Positions 8,795 to 18,978 of a stretch of DNA of 44,155 bases are shown here, piece after piece. Below the pieces are notes generated by a model. It made no database searches. It saw only the letters and a program-made list of their open reading frames with translations, and had not been told where the DNA came from. The stretch lies in the NCBI GenBank assembly GCA_048938005.1, contig JBHLMQ010000005.1, forward strand, positions 1 through 44,155, written 5' to 3'. A program made the position numbers and the translations under genes. Numbering within the stretch: position 1 is the first letter of the stretch; each line of letters starts with the position of its first letter. This stretch comes from Promethearchaeota archaeon (GTDB lineage Archaea > Asgardarchaeota > Lokiarchaeia > Sigyniarchaeales > SOKP01).

Positions 8795-9553
8795 GTGGGA
8801 TGGGGACGTGTCGTAAAATCAGGATTAGTAGGAATGTTGCTACTTATTCCTTTGTCATATATTTCATTTAGACTCTTAAATTTAGGTGAAAGTATTACTG
8901 GAGATTTAATATCAGATTTTCCAGCTGCAGTAACAGCTATAGTAGGAGCTTTTGGCTTAGATTCGCCCATTATAAATATATTAGCAGGTATAGTTATTGG
9001 TCTAGCTCTAGTTTTTTTCTTTCCTATTCATTGGTGCATTATGTACCGTCCTGATGATATTGGACTAATCCTAGCAGTCACTTTTCCTTGGATTTTAACT
9101 TGTATTATTACTAGTGCTCTTTTTGCTCGCTCGCCTCGGGAAGGGATATATACGAGCCTTTCTATAGGGATTGGATATATTATTGTTTTAACTATTATTT
9201 ATTTAGTAATAGCAACAAACCCAATCGGACAAGCAATATTAGACGGGCTTATATTAGGTTTAACAGATTTATTCTATATGGTGGCTATTCTTACAGCTAT
9301 TTTAGAAGGGTGTTTTGTAGGTGTCGTTTTTGGAGCATTCGCTGGAAGTTTAAGATATAAACCAAAGGGGGTTAAGGAAAAGAAAAAGAAAGTGGAAGTT
9401 AAAGAAGAACCCATAGAAACGACTGAAATGTTCCCTAGAGAAGTTGTAGAAGAAGAAACTATAAGTTCTCAAGTATCTGATTTTTGTACGAATTGTGGAG
9501 CGAAGCTTACCGCAGACGATTTGTTTTGTACGAATTGTGGAGCGAAAAGATAG
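8795..9553 (+). CDS. Membrane protein with C-terminal zinc ribbon (two CxxC)
   Basis: About 5 TM helices, charged linker, FCTNCGAKLTADDLFCTNCGAKR. Confidence 0.8.
   Translation: MGWGRVVKSGLVGMLLLIPLSYISFRLLNLGESITGDLISDFPAAVTAIVGAFGLDSPIINILAGIVIGLALVFFFPIHWCIMYRPDDIGLILAVTFPWILTCIITSALFARSPREGIYTSLSIGIGYIIVLTIIYLVIATNPIGQAILDGLILGLTDLFYMVAILTAILEGCFVGVVFGAFAGSLRYKPKGVKEKKKKVEVKEEPIETTEMFPREVVEEETISSQVSDFCTNCGAKLTADDLFCTNCGAKR
9482..9546 (+). repeat. Exact 23-bp direct repeat (period 42 bp) encoding both FCTNCGAK zinc knuckles
   Basis: ttttgtacgaattgtggagcgaa at 9482..9504 and 9524..9546. Confidence 0.95.
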
Positions 9554-9698
9554 CAATTATTTAATTTTAAAATTCTCATCTTTATTCTAATAAATTTATA
9601 TCAGTTGATTCTCTTTTTAATTTCAATAGAAAATATATTAATAATTAAATCATAGTATTTCATATTATTATTAAAAATTCAATGTATTACTACTGATT

Positions 9699-10709
9699 AT
9701 GCCTAGGGAGATAAAAGGAATTATAATTAGCCGCTTAATTATTTTGAGTTCAATAATTTTAGTTCCCATAGCAATTTTTTTAATATATATTTTTGTTGAT
9801 TTTAATTTATGGTATTCGAATGATCCAGTAATTAAGTTAGTAGTTATTAAAATTCTTTCTCCTTCTATTTTTAGCGTATCATGGTTATTTTTTTTGATAC
9901 TTTTTATTAATCGATTTGCTGATACTCTTGATAATTTTGATAAAATAATAAGCGTAGTTCCATCAAGATTAAAATTTTTCTATGGTATAAATGCAATCTA
10001 TCTTTTGTTTGTGTTTGTTTTTCCTTTAATTACACCAATTATTTCTATTCTTAGTTTTGCTTCTATGGCATGGAGACTGACAACTTTTAGAAGAAAAGCA
10101 TGGGAAGAAGATACAAAAATATCAGCAATAACATGGATTATGATGGCTCTTTCGTCAATAGTTCCAATTTTTTGTACAGTGAGTATTTTACCTGAATATC
10201 TCATTCTGGCATATTTCTTATGGAAGATCATATGGCTTCCATTACTTCCTTACCTCTTCATTATTTCATATTCATTATTCACAGCATTAGCTATAGGGTC
10301 ATTTATATTATTATTTTATAATTCAGGGGTAAGTGAATACGAGCAGATATTTATAGAACCTTCAAAAAAGCGCAGTTTCTGGAATATTAAAATTCTGGAA
10401 ATCTTCCTCTTTGGATTTTTTCTATTTTTGGATCTTGGAAATTATGATGTGATTAATTTATTCTATATAGCAGGATTTGTTTTTATAATTATCACATCAA
10501 TCATTAACTTTTTTCAAGGTAAGGCTAAAGTTGAAGGTTTTAAAAGTCATTTATTTGGATACATTATCGCAGCAGTCTTTATTGGCTCTAATGTTATTTT
10601 TTCAACCACAGAAATATCTGGATTTTTAAGAGTATGGAGTTTGATTATTTCAGCAGTCTTATATATTTTTGTGTTTTTTTATACATTCATAAGTACAGAA
10701 TTAATTTAA
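9699..10709 (+). CDS. Hypothetical polytopic membrane protein
   Basis: 336 aa, about 9-10 hydrophobic helices, no recognised motif. Confidence 0.75.
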   Translation: MPREIKGIIISRLIILSSIILVPIAIFLIYIFVDFNLWYSNDPVIKLVVIKILSPSIFSVSWLFFLILFINRFADTLDNFDKIISVVPSRLKFFYGINAIYLLFVFVFPLITPIISILSFASMAWRLTTFRRKAWEEDTKISAITWIMMALSSIVPIFCTVSILPEYLILAYFLWKIIWLPLLPYLFIISYSLFTALAIGSFILLFYNSGVSEYEQIFIEPSKKRSFWNIKILEIFLFGFFLFLDLGNYDVINLFYIAGFVFIIITSIINFFQGKAKVEGFKSHLFGYIIAAVFIGSNVIFSTTEISGFLRVWSLIISAVLYIFVFFYTFISTELI

Positions 10710-10984
10710 CTTTTAGATTAATAATGTTAATAAGATTTTACAACCATTTTCTTATAATAATTACTCTATTTATCTTTATCCATTGAAGTATAAAATTATA
10801 ATAAAATAGAACTAATAAGTAAAAAGACATAAACATTTACCGGATTTTTACCCATTTAATTTTATAAGATTTAAGTGAAAGTTATTTTTTTTAAAGATTC
10901 TATTATATTAGAATAAAAATTATTAAAAAGCCAAATTTTAATTATTACCTTAATATTAAACTAAATTTTATAATTAAAAAATAT

Positions 10985-13033
10985 GTGAGAGATATGAAAA
11001 ATTTAAATACAACATCCTTAATGGTTATAACAATTGTTTTATCTTCAGTATTTGCAATGCCTATGGTAGCCGTGGGACAAGAAAAAGATATAGACAATCT
11101 TATTGATATGGATCAAGTTGATGAAGGAGTTTTTGATGGATTTCGTAAGGGATTTGCTAGAATTTTTGGCACGCTGGGGCATATGGGTGATATAATAGGA
11201 ACTCTTTTTAGTTTATTATTTTTTGAGGGATTAAATTTTAGCTCACACGAAATGCTGGAAAATGTATTTGTTTTGAGTGCCAATGTTACTGAAACTGAAA
11301 GTGGCACTATAAATTTTGGAGCAATGGAAAGCAAAGATTATTATTATCTCCCAGAAGATTATTATGTACCTGCTGGTATGGGGTACGCTTATTGTGAAGT
11401 CGAAAAGCAGGGTATCTATCAGTATACTCTAGAAAAAGGAGCTGCAATTACATTAATTATTTGGGATAATGATAGATCCTTTATCAATGCGATTACTCAA
11501 TTAATGTCATTTTTTAGAAGAGTAATATACACTCTAATCCATGGTTTACCCATCACTCGAGATTTTATTAGGGAAGGTGTCCGCTTACTTACTTGGTTTT
11601 TAATTCATATAAATGATATATTCACAGGGGATGAATTATTCGTTTTAAATCCTATTACATGGAAGACAATAGATATTGATCCTAGCACATATAATATCAT
11701 GAAGACATGGAAATATAGTGGACCTGATTACAAAATTGGCACTGGTGATGATAGTCTCGTACCTCCTGGAAATATGATCAATTGGTATAATAATGCTAGT
11801 GTTAGAAGAGATAATTATATGGAATGGTTATTGACCCCTACTGTTCCTGGAGATATTGCCCCAACTATTTGGACTCAATTCACATTCGATTTGATACAGT
11901 TGTGGGTTAAAAATTTTGAAATTCACATTGATATTGCTGAATTCCTTAATTTTGCTCAAGGAAAAACCCTCGATGTATCCGCTGCTTTTGGTGGATGTGA
12001 TATACAAACTTATTTATTTACACATCATTTAGCTGGAGCATTTTTATATAATGATTCAATGCCTCAAGATGATAAGCTTTCCGTTAATTATACACCTTTA
12101 AGATATCCTAATGGAACGGTTATTGAAATCGATAGTGCAAATGTAGAAGTGCCTAAGAGCTCAGAACTTACTCATAGATTAATTTTAGGGAGAGTTGACA
12201 AGTTTAATTTTGAAAAACCGAAAATAAATGCAAATAAGAGCATTTCTTGGGGATTAACCTTACAGGATGTAAATATATCTGCTGTGCCTATTGGAATTGC
12301 TTTAGATTCATATTTAAATGCACCTCAAGAAAATCTTGATTATGTTTATTTTGGATTTACTTTTGAGCCACAAACAGATCGAGAAATAGGTGCTGCTAAA
12401 GGAGTAGTCAAGTTGGATCAATATTTTACTCCTTGGAATAATAATTCAGCACCTTATTCTAACGCAGACATTTCTGGATTAGATTTAGCAATTATTTATG
12501 TATCAACTAGTTTATTTTTTCACTTGAATATTGCTACCAAAGGAGAAGAACCATCTGATCCAACAGCACTGTTAGATCCAAATCAAGATTACAATAATAT
12601 AAGCAATGAAGTTAAGATAGGTAATTATCTTGGCGGTCGAACGAAGCTCGATTTTATTGACATTGCGGGAGAATTCTATGAATTTGGTAATGATGCTCTT
12701 GTAGAAAAAGCTAATGCAAGTACCAGTATCATCCCATTAGCTTTATGGATTGGTGAAATGAACAGGCACGATACATTTGTCGCACAAGACGGTCAGCCCG
12801 TAGAAACCTTTGCGACTGATATTAGTGTACAAGTAGAATTTAATGTGATGGTATATGCAATTTGTTATCCTGAATTCGAGAATGGTAATGGGATCTGGCA
12901 CGATCCAACTTTCAGTGTCTACATGATATTCCAAGGAGAAGGATTCTGGGCTTTAATCGTGTTAATTGCGGGAGTTGGATTAGTAGGCGTTGCTACTATT
13001 TTGATCAAACGAAGAAAGGATAGAAGATTCTAA
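10985..13033 (+). CDS. Cell-surface protein with signal peptide and C-terminal TM anchor
   Basis: Signal peptide (likely start ATG 10994, MKNLN...), N-glycosylation sequons, WHDPTFSVY followed by a TM helix and basic tail IKRRKDRRF. Confidence 0.8.
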   Translation: MRDMKNLNTTSLMVITIVLSSVFAMPMVAVGQEKDIDNLIDMDQVDEGVFDGFRKGFARIFGTLGHMGDIIGTLFSLLFFEGLNFSSHEMLENVFVLSANVTETESGTINFGAMESKDYYYLPEDYYVPAGMGYAYCEVEKQGIYQYTLEKGAAITLIIWDNDRSFINAITQLMSFFRRVIYTLIHGLPITRDFIREGVRLLTWFLIHINDIFTGDELFVLNPITWKTIDIDPSTYNIMKTWKYSGPDYKIGTGDDSLVPPGNMINWYNNASVRRDNYMEWLLTPTVPGDIAPTIWTQFTFDLIQLWVKNFEIHIDIAEFLNFAQGKTLDVSAAFGGCDIQTYLFTHHLAGAFLYNDSMPQDDKLSVNYTPLRYPNGTVIEIDSANVEVPKSSELTHRLILGRVDKFNFEKPKINANKSISWGLTLQDVNISAVPIGIALDSYLNAPQENLDYVYFGFTFEPQTDREIGAAKGVVKLDQYFTPWNNNSAPYSNADISGLDLAIIYVSTSLFFHLNIATKGEEPSDPTALLDPNQDYNNISNEVKIGNYLGGRTKLDFIDIAGEFYEFGNDALVEKANASTSIIPLALWIGEMNRHDTFVAQDGQPVETFATDISVQVEFNVMVYAICYPEFENGNGIWHDPTFSVYMIFQGEGFWALIVLIAGVGLVGVATILIKRRKDRRF

Positions 13034-13040
13034 AATCAAA

Positions 13041-13070
13041 TTTTTTTCTTTTTTTTTATTTATTTTTTGT
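13041..13070 (+). terminator. Putative archaeal oligo(T) terminator
   Basis: tttttttctttttttttatttattttttgt just after the stop codon of the surface protein gene. Confidence 0.55.
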
Positions 13071-13221
13071 TCATTTTATTAAGTTTTTTATAAAGATTTT
13101 AATGATTTTTGAATAATAACCAAGGTTTTTTTCCAATTGCTAATTCTTACAAAGTTTTAAATTTTGAAAAATCTAAGTGACATAAGGAATTATAATTATT
13201 TTCAAATTCTGTGAGTATGAA

Positions 13222-15012
13222 ATGGCATTAAAAATGCAAAAACCTTTTTATGTTGATGAAAATAAACGGTGGTTTAAGAAATGGTGGCCAGAAAACGTTC
13301 CTTTTAATACCACTTTTGAAGAGAAAACGATAAATGAATTATTAGATGAACAGGTTGAAAAATATGGAAAAGAAAATTTTATTTGGTTTTTAGACACATG
13401 GATTACCTATAAGCAGTTTCAAGGTTATGTAAAATCTTTTGCTACCGCATTAATTAATTTAGGAATTAAAAAGGGGGATGTTATAGCATTATATACTCCA
13501 AATTGTCCCCAATATATTGTGGCGTATTATGCTATTACTAGAATAGGAGCAATTGCTAGTGGAATTAATCCTACTTACCAGCCAGTGGAAGTTCTTTACC
13601 AATTTGATATAATTAAGCCTAAAATGTTGATAGTATTAGATGCGTTATATGAGTCCGCAATAAAACCAATAATTCAAGATTCAACGATAGAAATTGTAAT
13701 TTATACTAGTCAGACAGATTTATCAGATATAAAGGGAGTAAAAAAAGCTATTGCGAAATTTACAAAAAAAGTTCCATCAGGGAAAGTTGATTTTCCTAGT
13801 GCACTAAAATTTAATGAACTCTTAAAAACTAAACCAGAAGTCCCAAAAGTAGATATTGATGTAAAAAAACATCCTGCAACGTATATTATGACAGGTGGAA
13901 CAACTGGGCTTCCAAAAGCTGCAGTTTTGACACATTTCAATGTTGTCTCTAATGCAAAACAATGTAAACTGTGGCTAGGAGGGGAAAAACCCGGAATTGG
14001 GAACATTGGTATATTACCTTTATTTCACAGTTTCGCTCATACTGTAGTAATGAACACTACTTTAGCCATTGGAGGTTGGATGATGCTCTTTCCAACTACT
14101 CCTTCTCAAGCTGAATTATGTGAAAAAATTGAAAGATTACCATGTAAAGAAGGATTAATTTATGCAGGAACTGAAATATTATTCAAAAGACTAGCAGAAC
14201 TTAAAAATCTCAAAAGAAGATTTCCTGGAGTTATGGGTAAATTAATTTTATGCATTTCAAGTGCAGGTCCATTACATAAACCAGTTCGAGACGCATTTGT
14301 GAATAACACAGGAGGTAGAATTGTAGAGGGATATGGTTTATCAGAAGCAAGTCCAGCAGTAAGTGCAGGAAACTTATTTGGTGAGAGCCCAATTGGAAGT
14401 ATTGGAATGCCATTTACTGGAACGGAATGGGGTATTTGGCCCATCGATGATTTTGATAAAGGTCCTATATGTATGGGAGATCCTGAAGATAAAAATTTTG
14501 GTATAGAATATACTGGTGAAATATGCGTTACTGGCCCTCAATTAATGTTAGAATATCTTAATGAGCCTAAGGAAACATCCACTACTATTTTAGAATATGA
14601 AGGTAAATTATGGCTTTTGACTGGGGATATTGGATTTATGAATGAAGATGGAACGATAGTAATTAGGGATAGGAAAAAACAACTAATAAAATGTAAAGGT
14701 TATTCGGTTTTTCCGAAAGAAATAGAAGAATTATTGATGAAACATCCAGATATTACAGAGGCCGCTGTTGCAGGCCTTCCAGACGAAGAATATGGAGAAA
14801 TTATAAAAGCATGGGTTGCCATCAGAGAAGATTGTGATTGTTCGCCTCAAGCGATAAAAGAATGGGCAAATAATAATATGGCTCATTATAAGGTGCCTCA
14901 TAGCGTTGCGATAATTGGTGAACTTCCTAAAAACTTAATTGGAAAAGTCCAGAGAAGAGTATTACAAGAAGCAGATCCTATTTGGAAAGAAAAGTTCAAC
15001 AAAAATAAATAG
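13222..15012 (+). CDS. fadD: Long-chain-fatty-acid--CoA ligase (FadD-like ANL enzyme)
   Basis: MTGGTTGLPKAA, LPLFHSF, EGYGLSE, TGDIG, RDRKK, PKNLIGKVQRR. Confidence 0.9.
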   Translation: MALKMQKPFYVDENKRWFKKWWPENVPFNTTFEEKTINELLDEQVEKYGKENFIWFLDTWITYKQFQGYVKSFATALINLGIKKGDVIALYTPNCPQYIVAYYAITRIGAIASGINPTYQPVEVLYQFDIIKPKMLIVLDALYESAIKPIIQDSTIEIVIYTSQTDLSDIKGVKKAIAKFTKKVPSGKVDFPSALKFNELLKTKPEVPKVDIDVKKHPATYIMTGGTTGLPKAAVLTHFNVVSNAKQCKLWLGGEKPGIGNIGILPLFHSFAHTVVMNTTLAIGGWMMLFPTTPSQAELCEKIERLPCKEGLIYAGTEILFKRLAELKNLKRRFPGVMGKLILCISSAGPLHKPVRDAFVNNTGGRIVEGYGLSEASPAVSAGNLFGESPIGSIGMPFTGTEWGIWPIDDFDKGPICMGDPEDKNFGIEYTGEICVTGPQLMLEYLNEPKETSTTILEYEGKLWLLTGDIGFMNEDGTIVIRDRKKQLIKCKGYSVFPKEIEELLMKHPDITEAAVAGLPDEEYGEIIKAWVAIREDCDCSPQAIKEWANNNMAHYKVPHSVAIIGELPKNLIGKVQRRVLQEADPIWKEKFNKNK

Positions 15013-15267
15013 GTCCATTACATAATTATTAAATTGTTTATTAAATTCCAACAGAATTTTAATATTTCTCTCAAAATTAATTGCATTATTTTTATAGTAT
15101 GGATATAATAAACATTCAATATATCTAAAAAGATATAGGATACAAACCGAAAACTAAATAAATCCAAAAGTTCTAGTAGAGTAGAATAAAAATTATTAAT
15201 AAGTTATATTTTTTTTAATAATGCAATACTAAATAAAACTATAACTAACTCAAAGAGTATTTAAATC

Positions 15268-16206
15268 TTGTCTGAAAAACCAGATATAGAAAAGTTATTA
15301 ATAGAAAGTGCGAAACTAGAAGGGGCAGAGATTTTAGATTCTGAACTTAAAGTTATAGATAAAGTAATTCAAGATTTTGCGCCAGAAATAGCATACTTAT
15401 ACCAAATCAGGGAGGATGAATCAGAAGAACAACAAATAAAAACAGGACGCCTTCATGAAAATCGCATTTTAGGCATTATTCTAAAATTTTATTTGGATGG
15501 AAAGAAAAAAATTACTACAGGGGAAGTTGAGCAAGAATATAAACGATATTTTAAAGAAATTGCTCGTTCTACAATTTCAACCTATTTAAATATGCTAAAA
15601 AAGGAGGCTACTTTATATAAAGAAAGAGATGGGAGAATAGTATATTATATCTTTTATGAAGATCCCCCTATTGGGATAGATCCATTTTGGTTTACTCGAA
15701 TCTTTTGTATAGTTCCTGCTTATTTTGATAGGGCAAATTATTTTTCTAACTTATACATTAACGCAGAAAAGTTTGTGCAGCAATACATTAATGATGATGT
15801 TAGTGGAGATAAAGAGATTTTGATTCGAAATTTTAAATTTATTACAGGATTAATAATTTTAAATATTTTTAAAAATCGAAGTTTAAAATGCGTACTTTGT
15901 CAGTTTAGTAAGAGAGAGATTTATAATAAATTAGTAGAAATAATTAGTGTTGCAATTAAAGACAGATCAGATGTGTTAACAGAAGATTTGTTAGAAAATT
16001 TAATTAAAAATTTCTCAGAAATACCAATGTTTAATGGCCTCAATATAAAAAGCGAGGAAATTGAAAAAAATATTGTTAAGGAAATACTTAAATGCGCTGA
16101 TATTTACAAAAAAGATCTAGACTTTCAAATTATGGTATCTCTAAGAAGAAAAGATTTAAGACTAAAGCAAAAATTAGCTTTAGAAGAAGAAAATATAGAT
16201 TCCTAA
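15268..16206 (+). CDS. Hypothetical protein with winged helix-turn-helix (putative transcription regulator)
   Basis: ITTGEVEQEY...IARSTISTYLNMLKKEATLYKERDGRIVYY is an ArsR-like wHTH pattern; CVLC later in the protein. Confidence 0.65.
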   Translation: MSEKPDIEKLLIESAKLEGAEILDSELKVIDKVIQDFAPEIAYLYQIREDESEEQQIKTGRLHENRILGIILKFYLDGKKKITTGEVEQEYKRYFKEIARSTISTYLNMLKKEATLYKERDGRIVYYIFYEDPPIGIDPFWFTRIFCIVPAYFDRANYFSNLYINAEKFVQQYINDDVSGDKEILIRNFKFITGLIILNIFKNRSLKCVLCQFSKREIYNKLVEIISVAIKDRSDVLTEDLLENLIKNFSEIPMFNGLNIKSEEIEKNIVKEILKCADIYKKDLDFQIMVSLRRKDLRLKQKLALEEENIDS

Positions 16207-16285
16207 TTTTTAGGTATTTTAAAAATTTGTTTTATTTCTTTAAAAACAATTTCAATATTTAATTATTTAACAAGAATTCCTTTTT

Positions 16286-16816
16286 TTAAAGTAACTTAGA
16301 TCTTTGCAACATTAACCGAGATAAAGCTTCAAAGGTTTCTTCAACATTTTCGCCTGTTTTTGAACTACATTCAATAAATCCATCTACAGCTCTGGATCTT
16401 GCAACATTAATTCCTTCTTCGCCTGTAACTTCGCGATCATTAACGAGATCTGCTTTCCCACCTACTACAATAATAGGAAATTGTTCTTCGGCTCTAAGTT
16501 CTTTTCTTATTACTATTAGCCAATCATCTATATGAGCAAGTGAGCTATAGTTTGTTACATCATACATGTAAAGAGCTCCATTAGCTCCCCTAACATAAGT
16601 TGGTAATAAAAATCTAAATCGTTCTTCTCCACCAAAATCCCAAATTTGGAGCTTTATTTTTTTTCCGTCGATTTCTAAGCTCTTTACTTCAAAATCAACG
16701 CCTATAGTCATTGTTGAATCTGATTTGAACAAATTAGTAAGAAATCTCTGGGTTAACGTTGTTTTTCCACAACCCGCATCTCCAAAAATTACGATTTTAT
16801 ATGTTGCATCGTACAA
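16286..16816 (-). CDS. Rab-like small GTPase
   Basis: GDAGCGKT, TIGVDF, WDFGGEERF, GGKAD, CSSK; TTG start with SD GGAGGT upstream. Confidence 0.93.
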   Translation of the reverse strand: MYDATYKIVIFGDAGCGKTTLTQRFLTNLFKSDSTMTIGVDFEVKSLEIDGKKIKLQIWDFGGEERFRFLLPTYVRGANGALYMYDVTNYSSLAHIDDWLIVIRKELRAEEQFPIIVVGGKADLVNDREVTGEEGINVARSRAVDGFIECSSKTGENVEETFEALSRLMLQRSKLL

Positions 16817-17097
16817 TTTACTAATTTACCTCCCTTTATTTAAGGTGTTATCGTTTTCAATAATAATTATGAATTTATTTATCATTTAAAGAGATTCCTT
16901 GTTTTTTTGCTTTGATCACTATTAAGATTTCTATTATTAATATCTTTTTCTATATATATAAAATATTTTGAACTAGTATATTAAAAAAATTGAAATATTA
17001 GTTTAAAATTTTATGTCATTATAATTTATAGAATTGTCAACGTAGTTGAGTATTTATTTATACTTAATATCTTTTTTAAGGCTTTAGAAATGCTATT

Positions 17098-17487
17098 TTA
17101 ATTTGAGACAAACACAGTAACCGCAGCAATACATACGATAATTTTATCAGATGTATCTCCTAATTCCTCAATCATAATCCCTTGGGCAATTAATCCTCCT
17201 GAGACTACTTCAATAGTTTTTTCACCAAACGGTATTGCCTTTAAAACTTTCTTCTCATCAATGTTTTCTGGATATGGAGCACCAATTTTCACATGAACTT
17301 TCATTTTTGCTAGATCCTTGGGTTCTTTTAACCCACAAATCTCTGAAAGACCACATAAACAGTTATTTGATATGGCATCTTTAACTGCTTTAATAGCAGC
17401 ATTAGTACAATCATCATTATGCCCATGTTGGTCAGATCCGCTCCCTATCTGATTGATAAACCTTCTCTCTTTCACGTTTTTATGCAC
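17098..17487 (-). CDS. Lin0512 family protein
   Basis: GSGSDQHG..CTNAAIKAVKDAISNN..IPFG..VVSGGL..AAVTV pattern. Confidence 0.8.
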   Translation of the reverse strand: MHKNVKERRFINQIGSGSDQHGHNDDCTNAAIKAVKDAISNNCLCGLSEICGLKEPKDLAKMKVHVKIGAPYPENIDEKKVLKAIPFGEKTIEVVSGGLIAQGIMIEELGDTSDKIIVCIAAVTVFVSN

Positions 17488-17600
17488 GTTTTAGGTATTT
17501 AAATATATTATATAGGTTGTTATATTTCTTTTGTCAAAAACTTTTATTATTTGCTATAAAATAATAATGTAACATTATTTAGAGGATTAAAATTTGAATT

Positions 17601-18695
17601 ATGTATGAAATAGATGATACAGTCTACAAGCGTTTCAAGCAGAAAAATAATATGTTGTTTAGAAGATTATGGGATAAGACTCTACCAACTTACCATCAGA
17701 TGCTTGATACAAATCTTGAGAGTCATATCGAATCAAAACAAGATGGGTATTCAAGGATAGATTTTGCTTTAGTAGCGGCAGGATGGACAGTATATGAAAG
17801 ATTTCCTTATGCTTTCACGTGGGAAAGGAAAGATTTGGTGAATATTGGTTATGGTGTAAATTGGATGAAATCTAAATACAAGATAGAAAATAATGAAGTT
17901 TTTACGAAGATGATAAAAAAGGCAGCAAAATTTTATGGGGCGTCTTTAGTGGGTATCGCAGATGTGAATGATAAATGGATTTATAAAACAGGATTTATGA
18001 GACCTGATGATTTTAGTGAAGCTGAGGCAAAACGTGAAGTTCGTGGTGGAATAGCTCCAGATTCAATATACGATCAAACTATAGAATTGCCAAACGGAAT
18101 AAATAAAGTGATAGTGATGGGAGTTGAAATGGATGAAGATGCTATTTCAACGGCACCAACTCAACCAGCAGCCGCAGCTTCAGCAATTGCATATTCAAAA
18201 ATGGCGTTTATTATCTCATGTTTAGGCGAGTTTATTAGAAATTTAGGACATAGGGCTATTCAATGTGGTAATGATACTGCCCTTAGTATACCATTAGCAA
18301 TTGATGCTGGACTCGGCGCTTTAGGCAGGAATGGATTACTACTTACACCTGAATTTGGTCCACGAGTGCGAATATGCAAAGTTTTTACAGATTTACCATT
18401 AATTTCTGACAAACCAAACCAAGGATTCATTGAGAAAATTAAAAACTATTGTAAAAATTGTTTTAAATGTGCTGAAGCTTGTGAAAAAGATGCAATTACA
18501 AAAGAGCCAAATCCTACTTTTAAACCATTTTCGATTTCTAACAATCCTGGAGTCAAGAAATATTATATTGACGCAGAAAAATGTTTTGAATTCTGGGTTG
18601 AAAATTCCAGTGATTGTGGAAATTGTATAGCGGTATGTCCCTTTTCAAAAATTAAAAAGTATTTATCTCCGTTAGAATTTTGGAATAAGACTTAA
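17601..18695 (+). CDS. rdhA: Reductive dehalogenase-like (RdhA family) cobalamin/2x[4Fe-4S] protein
   Basis: IKKAAKFYGASLVGI, SIPLAIDAGLGALGRNG..TPEFGPRVRICKVFTDLPL, CKNCFKCAEAC, CFEFW..CGNCIAVCPF; no Tat signal. Confidence 0.8.
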   Translation: MYEIDDTVYKRFKQKNNMLFRRLWDKTLPTYHQMLDTNLESHIESKQDGYSRIDFALVAAGWTVYERFPYAFTWERKDLVNIGYGVNWMKSKYKIENNEVFTKMIKKAAKFYGASLVGIADVNDKWIYKTGFMRPDDFSEAEAKREVRGGIAPDSIYDQTIELPNGINKVIVMGVEMDEDAISTAPTQPAAAASAIAYSKMAFIISCLGEFIRNLGHRAIQCGNDTALSIPLAIDAGLGALGRNGLLLTPEFGPRVRICKVFTDLPLISDKPNQGFIEKIKNYCKNCFKCAEACEKDAITKEPNPTFKPFSISNNPGVKKYYIDAEKCFEFWVENSSDCGNCIAVCPFSKIKKYLSPLEFWNKT

Positions 18696-18978
18696 GCATC
18701 AATTGAAATTATTAAAAATTCAAATATAATTTAAATAACTCAAAAATTTATAGGAAGAAAGGGAAAGAAAATTAAATAATATTGAATCTAACTTTTACTT
18801 TGAAACAGAAGGATTTGATGAAGAATCTTTTTTTCGCTTCTTGTTCAATTGGCATAATTATATCAATCTATCATTAATTTGAATATCATAAATTTTATGT
18901 GCTATTTTAGATATATTTAACAAAGCAGAATAAAATTGCAGTTAGTTTAATAATTAAATATTTGAAATTATTTCATTT

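Noticed and set aside
4545-14444. Short ORFs at 4545, 6317, 8527, 8758, 9350, 9998, 11113, 12743, 13710, 14160 and 14231
   Set aside because: Antisense or alternate-frame shadows of well-supported genes, with no motifs
18772-18855. Minus-strand mini-ORF MPIEQEAKKRFFIKSFCF...
   Set aside because: Under 30 aa, no ribosome-binding site or recognisable homology
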